From: Pelagibacteraceae bacterium
GTDB taxonomy: Bacteria; Pseudomonadota; Alphaproteobacteria; Pelagibacterales; Pelagibacteraceae
Reading direction: 5' to 3'
Length of the DNA stretch: 49,363 bases
Assembly: GCA_011526385.1 (NCBI GenBank)
Contig: WTIW01000011.1
Coordinates: 1 to 49,363, forward strand
Shown: positions 1 to 9,141 of the stretch, piece after piece
Layout of the letters: each line of letters opens with the position of its first letter
Numbering within the stretch: the stretch's first letter is position 1
The notes under the pieces: model-generated
What the model was told of the DNA's origin: nothing
Database searches by the model: none
The model's input: the letters and a program-made list of their open reading frames with translations, nothing else
Position numbers and translations under genes: made by a program

Positions 1-6
1 TTACCA

Positions 7-936
7 CTACCTTAATTTTCCAAAACAATATAATAAAATACTTTTTTGTACATGAACTCTATTTAAGGCTTGCTGCCATACATGAGAATGTTTTCCTAAA
101 AAAACATCTTCAGAAACTTCATTCCCCCTAGGCAAGCAGTGAAGAAAAATTACATCCTTTTTCGCTTGATTTATTAAACTCTTATTAATTCTAAATTTAC
201 TAAAGTCTTTCTTCTTCTTTTTTACATTTACCTTATCATTTAAAGAAATTACTTTATCCGAAAAAATTACGTCAGCATTTTTAACTGCTTTTTTTGGATC
301 ATCAAAAAAATTTATTTTACTTTTATTTTTCTTAACCCAATCTAGAACAAATTTTTTTGGCTTATAATTTTTAGGACATCCAATATTTAATTTGAATGAA
401 AATTTTATAGATGCTGCAATTAAGCTGTTTAAAACATTATTACAGTCTCCAATCCAAGTAATGTTAAGCTTAGAAATTGGCTTTCTTTTAATTTCTTCTA
501 CTGTGAAAACATCTGAAAGCACTTGTGTAGGGTGTGAAGATGGGCTTAAGCCATTTATTACTGGTATTTTTAAATTTTTGCTGAATTCTAATATTTTTTC
601 ATCACTATCTGTTCTGAGCATAAAACCATCACCATATGTGGATAAAATTTTTGCAGTATCTGCAAGGCTTTCTCCGCCTTTGCCTAAGTGTATTTCATTT
701 GATTTCAAAGTGATTGTGCCTCCACCTAATTGTTTTATTGCTAGATAAAAACTAAGTCTGGTACGTGAACTTGGTTTCTCAAACATTTGAATTAACAATT
801 TTCCTTTAAGAGGCTTATCTTTATCTAAATCTAGAGTATTAAGTTTTTTTCTCTTAATTTTTCTTTTCTTTGCATCAGTTAAAATTTTTCTTAAATCTGA
901 AATAGGAATATCTTTTAAGTTAATAAAATTTTTCAT
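7..936 (-). CDS. argF: Ornithine carbamoyltransferase
   Basis: FEKPSSRTR, HPTQ and FLHCLP motifs; 4-nt overlap with argD. Confidence 0.93.
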   Translation of the reverse strand: MKNFINLKDIPISDLRKILTDAKKRKIKRKKLNTLDLDKDKPLKGKLLIQMFEKPSSRTRLSFYLAIKQLGGGTITLKSNEIHLGKGGESLADTAKILSTYGDGFMLRTDSDEKILEFSKNLKIPVINGLSPSSHPTQVLSDVFTVEEIKRKPISKLNITWIGDCNNVLNSLIAASIKFSFKLNIGCPKNYKPKKFVLDWVKKNKSKINFFDDPKKAVKNADVIFSDKVISLNDKVNVKKKKKDFSKFRINKSLINQAKKDVIFLHCLPRGNEVSEDVFLGKHSHVWQQALNRVHVQKSILLYCFGKLR

Positions 937-2108
937 GATTTATATTCTTTGCATACTTTTCTAATAATTTTTAAAGCTAAATCGATTTCATTTTGCTTTA
1001 CATTAAGAGGGGGTAATATTCGTATAACATTCTCTCCAGCTCTTATTGTTAACAACTTATTTTTCATTAGTTCTTCTATAAATTTTGTTTGATCAAAAAA
1101 AAGTTGTAACCCAATTAAATACCCTTTTCCTCGAACCTCTTTTATAATTTTAGGATACTGTTTTTGAATTTTATTAAGCTCTACATGAAAATAATTAGAT
1201 AATTTTCTTACGTTTGACAAAAAACCTTTTTTTAAAATTTGATCTAGAACCGCATTGCCCACAGTCATTGCTAATGGGTTTCCTCCAAATGTTGATCCAT
1301 GCGAACCTGGGATCATTCCTTTTGCAACTTTTTTCGTCATTAATACCGCACCTATTGGGAAACCTCCTCCTATTCCTTTTGCTATAGGTACTATATCAGG
1401 TTTTACTTTAGCGCTTTCAAAGGCAAAGAAATTTCCTGTTCTTCCAATGCCACATTGAACCTCATCCAATATTAATAGAATGCCCTTCTTGTCACAAAGT
1501 TTTCTTAACTCTTTAATGCACCAGTCTGGTATTACTTTTATTCCGCCCTCACCCAATACTGTTTCAACCATAATAGCAGCTGTATTTTTATTAATTAATT
1601 TTTTTAATTTTTTATGATTTCCAAACTCAAAATGATCAAAACCTGGAACTTTTGGTCCAAAGCCCTCTGTCATTTTTTTTGAACCGCTTGCATTTATTGC
1701 AGCAATTGTTCTACCGTGAAATGAATTTTTAATACAAATTATTCTATTTTTATTTGGCTTGTTTATAGAATAAAAATATTTTCTTGCGACTTTGATTGCT
1801 GCTTCTGTGGCTTCGGCGCCACTATTTTGAAATATTATAGAATCTGCAAATGTAAATTTTGTTAACCTTTTTGCTAATTTTTCTCCCTCTGGAATTATAA
1901 AAGCATTTGATACATGCCAAAGTTTATTTGCTTGTGCTTTTAATTTTTTTGCAAGGTATGAATTTGCGTGCCCTAATGAATTTACGGCAATACCTTGAAC
2001 AAAATCTAAATATTTTTCTCCTTTAGTAGAGTAGAGAAAACTTCCAATTCCTTTTTTAAAAGATAAATTTCTTCTTTTATAATTATTTGCTAAAGAACTT
2101 GTGCTCAT
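933..2108 (-). CDS. argD: Acetylornithine aminotransferase
   Basis: Class III aminotransferase motifs NSGAEA, SFHGRT, DEVQCG, AKGIGGGFP, HGSTFGGNP; upstream of argF. Confidence 0.93.
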   Translation of the reverse strand: MSTSSLANNYKRRNLSFKKGIGSFLYSTKGEKYLDFVQGIAVNSLGHANSYLAKKLKAQANKLWHVSNAFIIPEGEKLAKRLTKFTFADSIIFQNSGAEATEAAIKVARKYFYSINKPNKNRIICIKNSFHGRTIAAINASGSKKMTEGFGPKVPGFDHFEFGNHKKLKKLINKNTAAIMVETVLGEGGIKVIPDWCIKELRKLCDKKGILLILDEVQCGIGRTGNFFAFESAKVKPDIVPIAKGIGGGFPIGAVLMTKKVAKGMIPGSHGSTFGGNPLAMTVGNAVLDQILKKGFLSNVRKLSNYFHVELNKIQKQYPKIIKEVRGKGYLIGLQLFFDQTKFIEELMKNKLLTIRAGENVIRILPPLNVKQNEIDLALKIIRKVCKEYKS

Positions 2109-2273
2109 TATTTAAATTATTATTTTTGTTTGAAACTTTATATTGCAACCTCAAGTTATTATTAAATTAATTCTTAAATTGTTGAAAAAATTAAAAAAAA
2201 ACTTGTTTTTTAAGGTATTTATGTTTCAACATGATGTTATATAAATAAACAAGTATACAAAATATAGTATTTT

Positions 2274-2765
2274 ATGAGCTGGACTGAAGAAAAAGTAAGT
2301 AAATTAAAAGAGTTGTGGGGAAAAGGTCAAACTGCAAGTCAAATAGCAGAAATTATCGGGGGCATAAGCAGAAATGCTGTCATAGGTAAAGCTCACAGAT
2401 TAAATTTGTCTGCAAAGATTAAAACGAGATCAGCTGTCACATCAAATAATTCAAACAGAACTCATGATAACAATTCTCAAAAAAGAGGGAGAAAAAGTAA
2501 ATTTAGATCTTTATTATTAGATAAAGATTTTGAGCCTGCAAAAAATTTACAACTTGAAGAATTAACAGAAGAAACTTGCAAGTATATGGAAGGACACCCT
2601 GATGAAAACGGATCATCTTTTTGTGGAAGAAAAAATGTAGAAAAATTCTCCTATTGTCCACTTCATTTAATGATTGTTTTCCAACCTAAAGGCAAAAAAG
2701 AAGACGTAGTGGATAAAGATGATGAAGTTCCACAATTTATAGAGAAAAAAATTAAATCAGCTTAA
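2274..2765 (+). CDS. gcrA: GcrA cell-cycle regulator
   Basis: N-terminus MSWTEE..LW..G..ASQIA..GGISRNAVIGKAHRL; C-terminal C..FCG..YCPLH; divergent from argD as is usual in alphaproteobacteria. Confidence 0.92.
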   Translation: MSWTEEKVSKLKELWGKGQTASQIAEIIGGISRNAVIGKAHRLNLSAKIKTRSAVTSNNSNRTHDNNSQKRGRKSKFRSLLLDKDFEPAKNLQLEELTEETCKYMEGHPDENGSSFCGRKNVEKFSYCPLHLMIVFQPKGKKEDVVDKDDEVPQFIEKKIKSA

Positions 2766-3040
2766 TTTAAAATTTTTTCCTTCGCTTTTTTAAACTCTTC
2801 CTCGGTAAGCGCACCTTGTTCCTTTAATTTATTTAGGTCATTAATTTGATCAGATATAGTTGTATTAGAATTTGTATTATTGGTTGCTAAATTTGCTTCA
2901 TTTAAGTCTGAATTTTCATCATTTGAAATATTTTTTTGATTCTGTTTTGCTTCAATTCCCCTGCTAATAGCCTTTCCAGTTATCACTAATACGGTAATAA
3001 AAATAACCCCAGCAATTCCAAAAACTAAATAATTTAACAT
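2762..3040 (-). CDS. Small membrane protein with C-terminal SHOCT domain
   Basis: N-terminal TM helix; C-terminal LNKLKEQGALTEEEFKKAKEKIL SHOCT pattern. Confidence 0.8.
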   Translation of the reverse strand: MLNYLVFGIAGVIFITVLVITGKAISRGIEAKQNQKNISNDENSDLNEANLATNNTNSNTTISDQINDLNKLKEQGALTEEEFKKAKEKILN

Positions 3041-4002
3041 TAGCTTAGTTTTAAATCCTTATTTCTTGTATACTCTCCACCCGATCTCCAATTATAACTA
3101 TATTTTTCAATTTCTATCTCAAATTTTTTATTTGCTTTAAAACCTAAATCAAAGTTTGTTTTGTATTTGTTTGATGGAACATTGTTATATTTAAGAAGTC
3201 TTAATTGATCAGAAGTTAATAAAGGCTTTGGAAGAAGACCAAGTAAGAATGCAGAAATTTTTGCAATTGGCAATGGCACAGGTATCAATAAACGTTTTTT
3301 ATCAATTGCTTTTAATAATTTTTTTATTATCTCTTTAAAAGATAACTCCTCTGGTCCAATACATTCTATAGTTTCACTTTTTATTTCATTTACAATTGTT
3401 TGAAAAATGATTTCAGTTAAGTCAGACACATGTATAGGGAAAAACTTGGTATCACCATTATAGTATAGAGGCATAATCGGTAGACGATTTAACAATGTCA
3501 TAAAACTAGTGGTAAAATTATCATCAATTGAATAAACAATTGAAGGTTTTAAAATAACTGAGCTTTTAAAATTTTTTTTAACAAAATTTTCACCATCAAA
3601 TTTACTTTTTGCATAATCGCTATCTATCGCATTTTCCACCCCTAAAGCTGAGACGTGTATAAACTGATCAATTTTTTTTTCTTTTGCTAATTTTGATAAT
3701 AGATGAGGTAATTGTGAGTGAATTTTATTAAATTGATTTTTATTTTTTTCGTACAAAATTCCAATAAGGTTTATACATACAGAACAACTATTGAATAAGT
3801 CTTTTATTTTTTCCTCATTAAGTCTATCTAGCTCTATAACTTCAAGGTAGCCTGGGTTGGCTTGGGTTTTAAGAACATATCCTTTTTGATGAATATTTCT
3901 TGTTACAGCTATTACTTTGAAGTTATTTTTAGTTAGTTTTCTTATAAGGTTTCTGCCTATTTGTCCTGATGCACCGAAAACTAGAATTTCTTTAGGTTTC
4001 AT
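3040..4002 (-). CDS. Complex I NDUFA9-like NAD(P)-binding protein (atypical SDR)
   Basis: VFGASGQIG Rossmann motif, INLIGIL, YAKSK. Confidence 0.85.
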   Translation of the reverse strand: MKPKEILVFGASGQIGRNLIRKLTKNNFKVIAVTRNIHQKGYVLKTQANPGYLEVIELDRLNEEKIKDLFNSCSVCINLIGILYEKNKNQFNKIHSQLPHLLSKLAKEKKIDQFIHVSALGVENAIDSDYAKSKFDGENFVKKNFKSSVILKPSIVYSIDDNFTTSFMTLLNRLPIMPLYYNGDTKFFPIHVSDLTEIIFQTIVNEIKSETIECIGPEELSFKEIIKKLLKAIDKKRLLIPVPLPIAKISAFLLGLLPKPLLTSDQLRLLKYNNVPSNKYKTNFDLGFKANKKFEIEIEKYSYNWRSGGEYTRNKDLKLS

Positions 4003-4018
4003 ATATATACTCTTTCAA

Positions 4019-4630
4019 ATGAATTTAGATATTAAATTACATAAGGTTGATTTACCAGATGATTTAACCTTTAGTGACAAAATTGCAATTGATTGTGAGT
4101 TCATGGGACTAAATGTCGAGAGAGATAGATTGTGTTTAGTTCAAATTTCTGGTGGAAATAATGATGCTCATATTATTCAGTTAGATAAAGAGAGTTATAA
4201 CGCGCCAAATCTAAAAAAACTCTTAACAGATAAAAATATTAATAAAATTTTCCATTTTGCTAGAGCAGATATGCTTTTTATTAAAAAATATTTAGAGGTA
4301 GATGTTGAAAATATAAATTGCTCTAAAATAGCTTCAAAATTAGCTAGAACATTTTCTGACAAGCATGGATTAAAAGATCTTATTAAAGAATTTATTGGAA
4401 TAGATGTAAGCAAACAATTGCAGACATCTGATTTTGGTGGAGAACTTTCAGAAAAACAACTGAAATACTGTGCTAACGATGTAATATATTTACACAAGAT
4501 TTTTGAGGGGCTAGAAAAAATACTAATAAGAGAAAAAAGAATAGATTTATATAAAAGCACAATTAAATTTATATCAACTAGAGTTGACCTAGATCTTGCA
4601 TCATTCAAAGACGATATCTGGTCCCATTAA
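4019..4630 (+). CDS. rnd: Ribonuclease D family 3'-5' exonuclease (start corrected to ATG 4019)
   Basis: IDCEFMG, RLCLVQ, IFHFARAD, SKQLQTSD, YCANDV DEDDy motifs; the upstream part of the track ORF overlaps the opposite-strand gene. Confidence 0.85.
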   Translation: MNLDIKLHKVDLPDDLTFSDKIAIDCEFMGLNVERDRLCLVQISGGNNDAHIIQLDKESYNAPNLKKLLTDKNINKIFHFARADMLFIKKYLEVDVENINCSKIASKLARTFSDKHGLKDLIKEFIGIDVSKQLQTSDFGGELSEKQLKYCANDVIYLHKIFEGLEKILIREKRIDLYKSTIKFISTRVDLDLASFKDDIWSH

Positions 4631-5608
4631 ATGAAAAAAAATAAATATAAAAATATTGCTAAAGAAGTAATACAAAACGAAATTGAAGGATTAAAAAAGT
4701 TAAAGTCATCAATTGGAGTTTCTTTTGAACAAATAATTAAAGCTATAATAAGTTGTAAAAATGGAAAAGTAATTGTTTCTGGAGTTGGAAAAAGTGGAAT
4801 TATAAGTAAAAAATGGGCTGCAACTTTTTCTTCTACTGGAACACCTTCATTTTTTATGGATGCATCTAATGCATCTCATGGTGACATGGGGCAAATAAAT
4901 TCCAATGATGTGGTAATATTAATTAGTTTAAGTGGTTCATCTAATGAATTAAAAAATATAATTCAATTCTGCTCAAGAAACAGAAGTATTAAATTAATTG
5001 GAATAACTTCAAATAAACAATCAATATTATATAAGAATTCTGACATTAAAGTGTTAATTCCAAATGTAAAAGAAGCTGGACCTGGAAACTTTGTGCCAAC
5101 TTCAAGCACAACAAATCAACTTGCTCTTGGTGATGCAATTGCAATAACATGTATGATTGCAAAAAAATTTGGGAAATTAGATTTTAAAAAATACCATCCC
5201 TCTGGATCATTGGGCACTAAATTAAGAACTGTTGGAGATATTATGCTAACAGGAAATAAAATTCCTTTTGTTAAACATAATATTACAATGAAAAACGCAT
5301 TAAATATAATTTCGAAAAAAGGCTTAGGTGTTTTATTTGTAAGAAAAAATAAATTTACGACTGGCATTTTAACTGATGGTGATATTAAAAGAATAAGTCA
5401 AAAAAATTTGGATTTCCAAAAAGTAAAAATTAGTTCTGTTATGAAAAAAAATCCAATAAGCATAGAAAAAGATACTCTGGCTGCAAAAGCTTTGGAAATA
5501 ATGAATACTAACCGTATAACAAGTTTATGCGTCCATAATGGAAAACGAAAAAATATAACGATTGGAATTATACATATTCATAACATTCTTAACGCAAATA
5601 TAAGTTAG
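4631..5608 (+). CDS. kdsD: KpsF/GutQ family arabinose-5-phosphate isomerase
   Basis: GVGKSG, ASHGDMG, PTSSTT, HPSGSLG, C-terminal CBS pair; precedes lptC-lptB. Confidence 0.92.
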   Translation: MKKNKYKNIAKEVIQNEIEGLKKLKSSIGVSFEQIIKAIISCKNGKVIVSGVGKSGIISKKWAATFSSTGTPSFFMDASNASHGDMGQINSNDVVILISLSGSSNELKNIIQFCSRNRSIKLIGITSNKQSILYKNSDIKVLIPNVKEAGPGNFVPTSSTTNQLALGDAIAITCMIAKKFGKLDFKKYHPSGSLGTKLRTVGDIMLTGNKIPFVKHNITMKNALNIISKKGLGVLFVRKNKFTTGILTDGDIKRISQKNLDFQKVKISSVMKKNPISIEKDTLAAKALEIMNTNRITSLCVHNGKRKNITIGIIHIHNILNANIS

Positions 5609-6370
5609 ATGTCATCAAAATCAGCAATTCAGTTAATTATTTTAATAATTATCTTTATTATTCTTGGGGGTGTTTATCTAAAATATTTTTCAAAAGAAAA
5701 AATTATAGTTGATCAAACTCCACAGCAAACTGAGAAAGAAATAAATACAAATTCACAAGATAATAATAAAAATAAAGATGAAGGCAAAATTGCTAATTCA
5801 ACTAATGAAGATAATTCAAAAAAAGAAAAAAATATTGAAACGAATAAAACAGATTTAGAAGAAGCAAACGAAAAAAAGGCTGAAAAAAAAAATACCAAGC
5901 CAAATACGAATAAAAAAAAAGATAATGAGATCCCAAATATTGTAAAAGATGTTGAGTACTTAACTACTGATAAAAATGGTAATAAATATAAAATTCTAGC
6001 AACATCTGGTAGAACTAATCAAGAAGATAAAAATATATTAGATCTTGATAATGTTCGAGGTGAGATAACATCTAATCAAAGATCAACCATTTATATTGTT
6101 TCGGACTTTGCCGAATATAACTCATCAACTCTAGGCTCAAAATTTTATAAGAATGTGGTAATAAATTACGAAGATAAACAGATAACTTGTGAAAATTTCG
6201 ATATAAATATGGATACAAATATTGCAATAGCTTATAATAATGTTGTAGTAACTGATCCTAAATCAACTATGAAAGCAGGAAAAATAGCCTTAAATATAGA
6301 AACTAAAGAAATAGATATAAATCCTGATAGAAACGGAAAAAGTAAAGTGCAAATAAATACTAAACAATAA
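5609..6370 (+). CDS. lptC: LptC-like LPS export protein with long low-complexity linker
   Basis: Single N-terminal TM, beta-strand-rich C-terminal half; located between kdsD and lptB. Confidence 0.7.
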   Translation: MSSKSAIQLIILIIIFIILGGVYLKYFSKEKIIVDQTPQQTEKEINTNSQDNNKNKDEGKIANSTNEDNSKKEKNIETNKTDLEEANEKKAEKKNTKPNTNKKKDNEIPNIVKDVEYLTTDKNGNKYKILATSGRTNQEDKNILDLDNVRGEITSNQRSTIYIVSDFAEYNSSTLGSKFYKNVVINYEDKQITCENFDINMDTNIAIAYNNVVVTDPKSTMKAGKIALNIETKEIDINPDRNGKSKVQINTKQ

Positions 6371-7146
6371 TGGCAGTTATAAAAAAATTCAGAATTAAAA
6401 GCTTTAAAGAGCAAGAAACACTTGTTGAGTTAAATAAAGTCTCAATGTTTTACAACAAAAGACAAATATTAAATGATCTCAATTTAAAGATTAATAGAAA
6501 TGAAGTATTGGGAATGCTTGGTCCCAATGGTGTTGGTAAATCTACAATATTCCATATTATTACAGGATTAAAAGATCCTAGTTATGGAAAGGTTTTGATT
6601 AATAATGTTGATTGTACAAATATTCCAATTTATGAAAGAGCAACTAGATTTAAACTTGGATATGTTCCACAATATGGTGGCTTTATTCAGGATTTAAATC
6701 TTCTTGAAAATTTAAAACTTGTTGCTGAAATTCATATAAAAGAGAAAGATCTTAGACAAACAAAGATTGAGAAAATTGTTTCTCAGTTTGAGTTTGACTC
6801 ACTTTTAAAAATTAAAGCAAAACATTTATCAGGAGGTCAAAAGAAAAAATTAGTTATTGCAATGGCTCTAATAAATGACCCAAATATTTTACTTCTAGAT
6901 GAACCATTTGCAGCTTTGGATATATTAACGATAAAAATGTTACAGGAGATAATTGTAAATTTACAATCAATGGAAAGAATAACTGTAGTGGTATGTGACC
7001 ACCAAGCAAGAGATCTTTTAAGCTGTGTTGATAGAGCAATTGTATTATCAAATGGAAAAATTATTGCATCTGGTAGTCCTAATGAAATAATCAATGATAC
7101 AAATGCAAGATCAGCTTATTTTGGTGATGAATTTAAAATAAATTAA
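6370..7146 (+). CDS. lptB: LPS export ABC transporter ATP-binding protein
   Basis: GPNGVGKST, LSGGQ, LLLDEPFA, C-terminal AYFGDEF; synteny. Confidence 0.88.
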   Translation: MAVIKKFRIKSFKEQETLVELNKVSMFYNKRQILNDLNLKINRNEVLGMLGPNGVGKSTIFHIITGLKDPSYGKVLINNVDCTNIPIYERATRFKLGYVPQYGGFIQDLNLLENLKLVAEIHIKEKDLRQTKIEKIVSQFEFDSLLKIKAKHLSGGQKKKLVIAMALINDPNILLLDEPFAALDILTIKMLQEIIVNLQSMERITVVVCDHQARDLLSCVDRAIVLSNGKIIASGSPNEIINDTNARSAYFGDEFKIN

Positions 7147-7153
7147 TTCATAA

Positions 7154-8479
7154 ATGCCAAATCAGATAAAAATATTTAATACAATTAAACCATTTAATAA
7201 AACGATAGAAGTAACATCAGATAAAAGCCTCTCTATAAGAGCAATTTTATTAGCAAGCCAAGCAATTGGTATTTCTACAATATCAAATTTATTGGAGTCT
7301 GAAGATGTTTTAAATGCAGTTAGATCGATAAAAAAACTCGGTATTGAATGCAAAAAAATAGGCAATCAATATAAAATTCTTGGATATGGATTAAATGGCT
7401 TCGATATTAAAAAAAGAACAACAATCGATGCAGGAAACTCAGGAACGCTAGCACGGTTAATATTAGGTCTATTAGTTAAATCAGAAAAAACTGTAAAAAT
7501 TATTGGAGATAAGAGTTTATCAAAAAGGGACTTTTCTAGGGTTACGGAACCATTAAAAAAATTTGGAACAAATATAAAATCAAAAAATAACTCATTGCCA
7601 GTTGAAATATTAGGTACTGACTTTTTAAGACCAATAAATTATTTTGAAACAAGAGGAAGTGCACAGTGTAAAAGTGCTGTTATGCTTGCTGCTTTGAACA
7701 CCCCTGGAACTACAATTATTAAGGCAAGAAAATCAAGAAACCATACTGAACTTTTATTTAAGTATTTAAAATTACCAATTAAAATAAAATCAAATAAAGA
7801 TTTTGATTTCATAGAAGTTACAGGACTAAAACAATTTGATGCATTTGATTATGTTATACCTGGAGACATAAGCTCAAGTGCTTTCTTTATAGTTTTAACA
7901 GCTCTTTCAAAAAATTCAAAAATTAGAATTAAAAATATAAATATAAATAAAAGTAGAACTGGAATAATTACAATTTTAAAGAAAATGAATTGTAAAATTA
8001 GTTTAAAAAATAAAAAAATATATAAAGGAGAAGAAACTTCAGACATAGTAGTTGAGAGTTCAAAAAATATTAAAGGTATCAGTTGTCCCTCGTCTTTAAA
8101 CAGTGCAGCAATAGATGAATTCTTGGTAATTTTTTTAATTGCAGCAAAAGCAAAAGGGATATCTAGCTTTAAAAATTTAGGAGAGTTAAATAAAAAAGAA
8201 AGCCCAAGATTAGATATTGCTATAAGTTTTCTTAAAAATATCGGAGTTAAAGTTGAAAGAAAAAAAGACGATATAAAGATATTTGGTAATCCTAAACTTA
8301 AGCTGAATAAGGATGTTCATATCAAAAATTATTTAAAAGATCATAGAGTTTTTATGATGTCTTGTATTGCTGCGCTATCTTTCGGTGGTAAATGGAAAAT
8401 AGATGATAAAGACTCAATTAACACATCATTTCCAATATTTCTTAAAATTTTAAAAAAATTAGGAGCAAAAATAAATTGA
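7154..8479 (+). CDS. aroA: 3-phosphoshikimate 1-carboxyvinyltransferase (EPSP synthase)
   Basis: DKSLS, GNSGT, SAQCKSA, RNHTE, PGDISS, KES.R, DHR motifs. Confidence 0.95.
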   Translation: MPNQIKIFNTIKPFNKTIEVTSDKSLSIRAILLASQAIGISTISNLLESEDVLNAVRSIKKLGIECKKIGNQYKILGYGLNGFDIKKRTTIDAGNSGTLARLILGLLVKSEKTVKIIGDKSLSKRDFSRVTEPLKKFGTNIKSKNNSLPVEILGTDFLRPINYFETRGSAQCKSAVMLAALNTPGTTIIKARKSRNHTELLFKYLKLPIKIKSNKDFDFIEVTGLKQFDAFDYVIPGDISSSAFFIVLTALSKNSKIRIKNININKSRTGIITILKKMNCKISLKNKKIYKGEETSDIVVESSKNIKGISCPSSLNSAAIDEFLVIFLIAAKAKGISSFKNLGELNKKESPRLDIAISFLKNIGVKVERKKDDIKIFGNPKLKLNKDVHIKNYLKDHRVFMMSCIAALSFGGKWKIDDKDSINTSFPIFLKILKKLGAKIN

Positions 8480-9141
8480 GAAAACTAAGTAAAAGAATTG
8501 AATTTAAAATTGCAGCAGATGGAAGTAGTGCTTCTGGAAAAACAACGGGAGGTAAACTAATTGCAAAAAAATTAAATATGAAATTCCTTTCGAGTGGAAC
8601 CCTTTATAGATTTTGTGCCCTTAAAACTTTAGAGAATAACAATAAATACAATGTAAAATTTATTAATAAAGTTGCTAATTCAATTACTTTAAAGAAATTA
8701 CAAAATAAAGAACTCTATAGTCCTGAGGTAGCAAAATTATCATCTATAATTGCAAAAAAACCTTATGTCAGAAAAGCATTAAAAGGTTTTCAAAAAAATT
8801 TTATTAAAAAATCTAAATTAGTTGTTGTCGAAGGAAGAGATATAGGTTCAAAAATAATGCCCAATGCTGACTTAAAACTTTTCTTTACATGTTCTACAAA
8901 AGAAAAAGCAAAAAGAAGACTTAAAGAGTTTAAAAGTCTAAATAAAAAGATAACTTTAAAACAAGTCGAAAAAGCCTTGATTCAAAGGGATAAAGAAGAC
9001 ACTAAAAGAAAAATAAGTCCCTTGATTATGACCAAAAATGCTGTATTAGTCGACACCACTAAATTAACAATTAAGCAAATGGAGGCAAAACTTACTAATT
9101 TAGTGAAGAATTCGATTAAAAAAAAATATGGAAATTTATAA
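8476..9141 (+). CDS. cmk: Cytidylate kinase (TTG start)
   Basis: DGSSASGKTT, GTLYR, EGRDIG; aroA-cmk-rpsA order. Confidence 0.93.
   Translation: MRKLSKRIEFKIAADGSSASGKTTGGKLIAKKLNMKFLSSGTLYRFCALKTLENNNKYNVKFINKVANSITLKKLQNKELYSPEVAKLSSIIAKKPYVRKALKGFQKNFIKKSKLVVVEGRDIGSKIMPNADLKLFFTCSTKEKAKRRLKEFKSLNKKITLKQVEKALIQRDKEDTKRKISPLIMTKNAVLVDTTKLTIKQMEAKLTNLVKNSIKKKYGNL

Noticed and set aside
2160-2180. CtrA-like TTAA repeats upstream of gcrA
   Set aside because: Spacing is N8, not TTAA-N7-TTAA, and TTAA is very common in this AT-rich DNA.
3917-4018. N-terminal extension of the RNase D ORF
   Set aside because: Overlaps the NDUFA9-like gene on the other strand; family-like sequence begins at ATG 4019.
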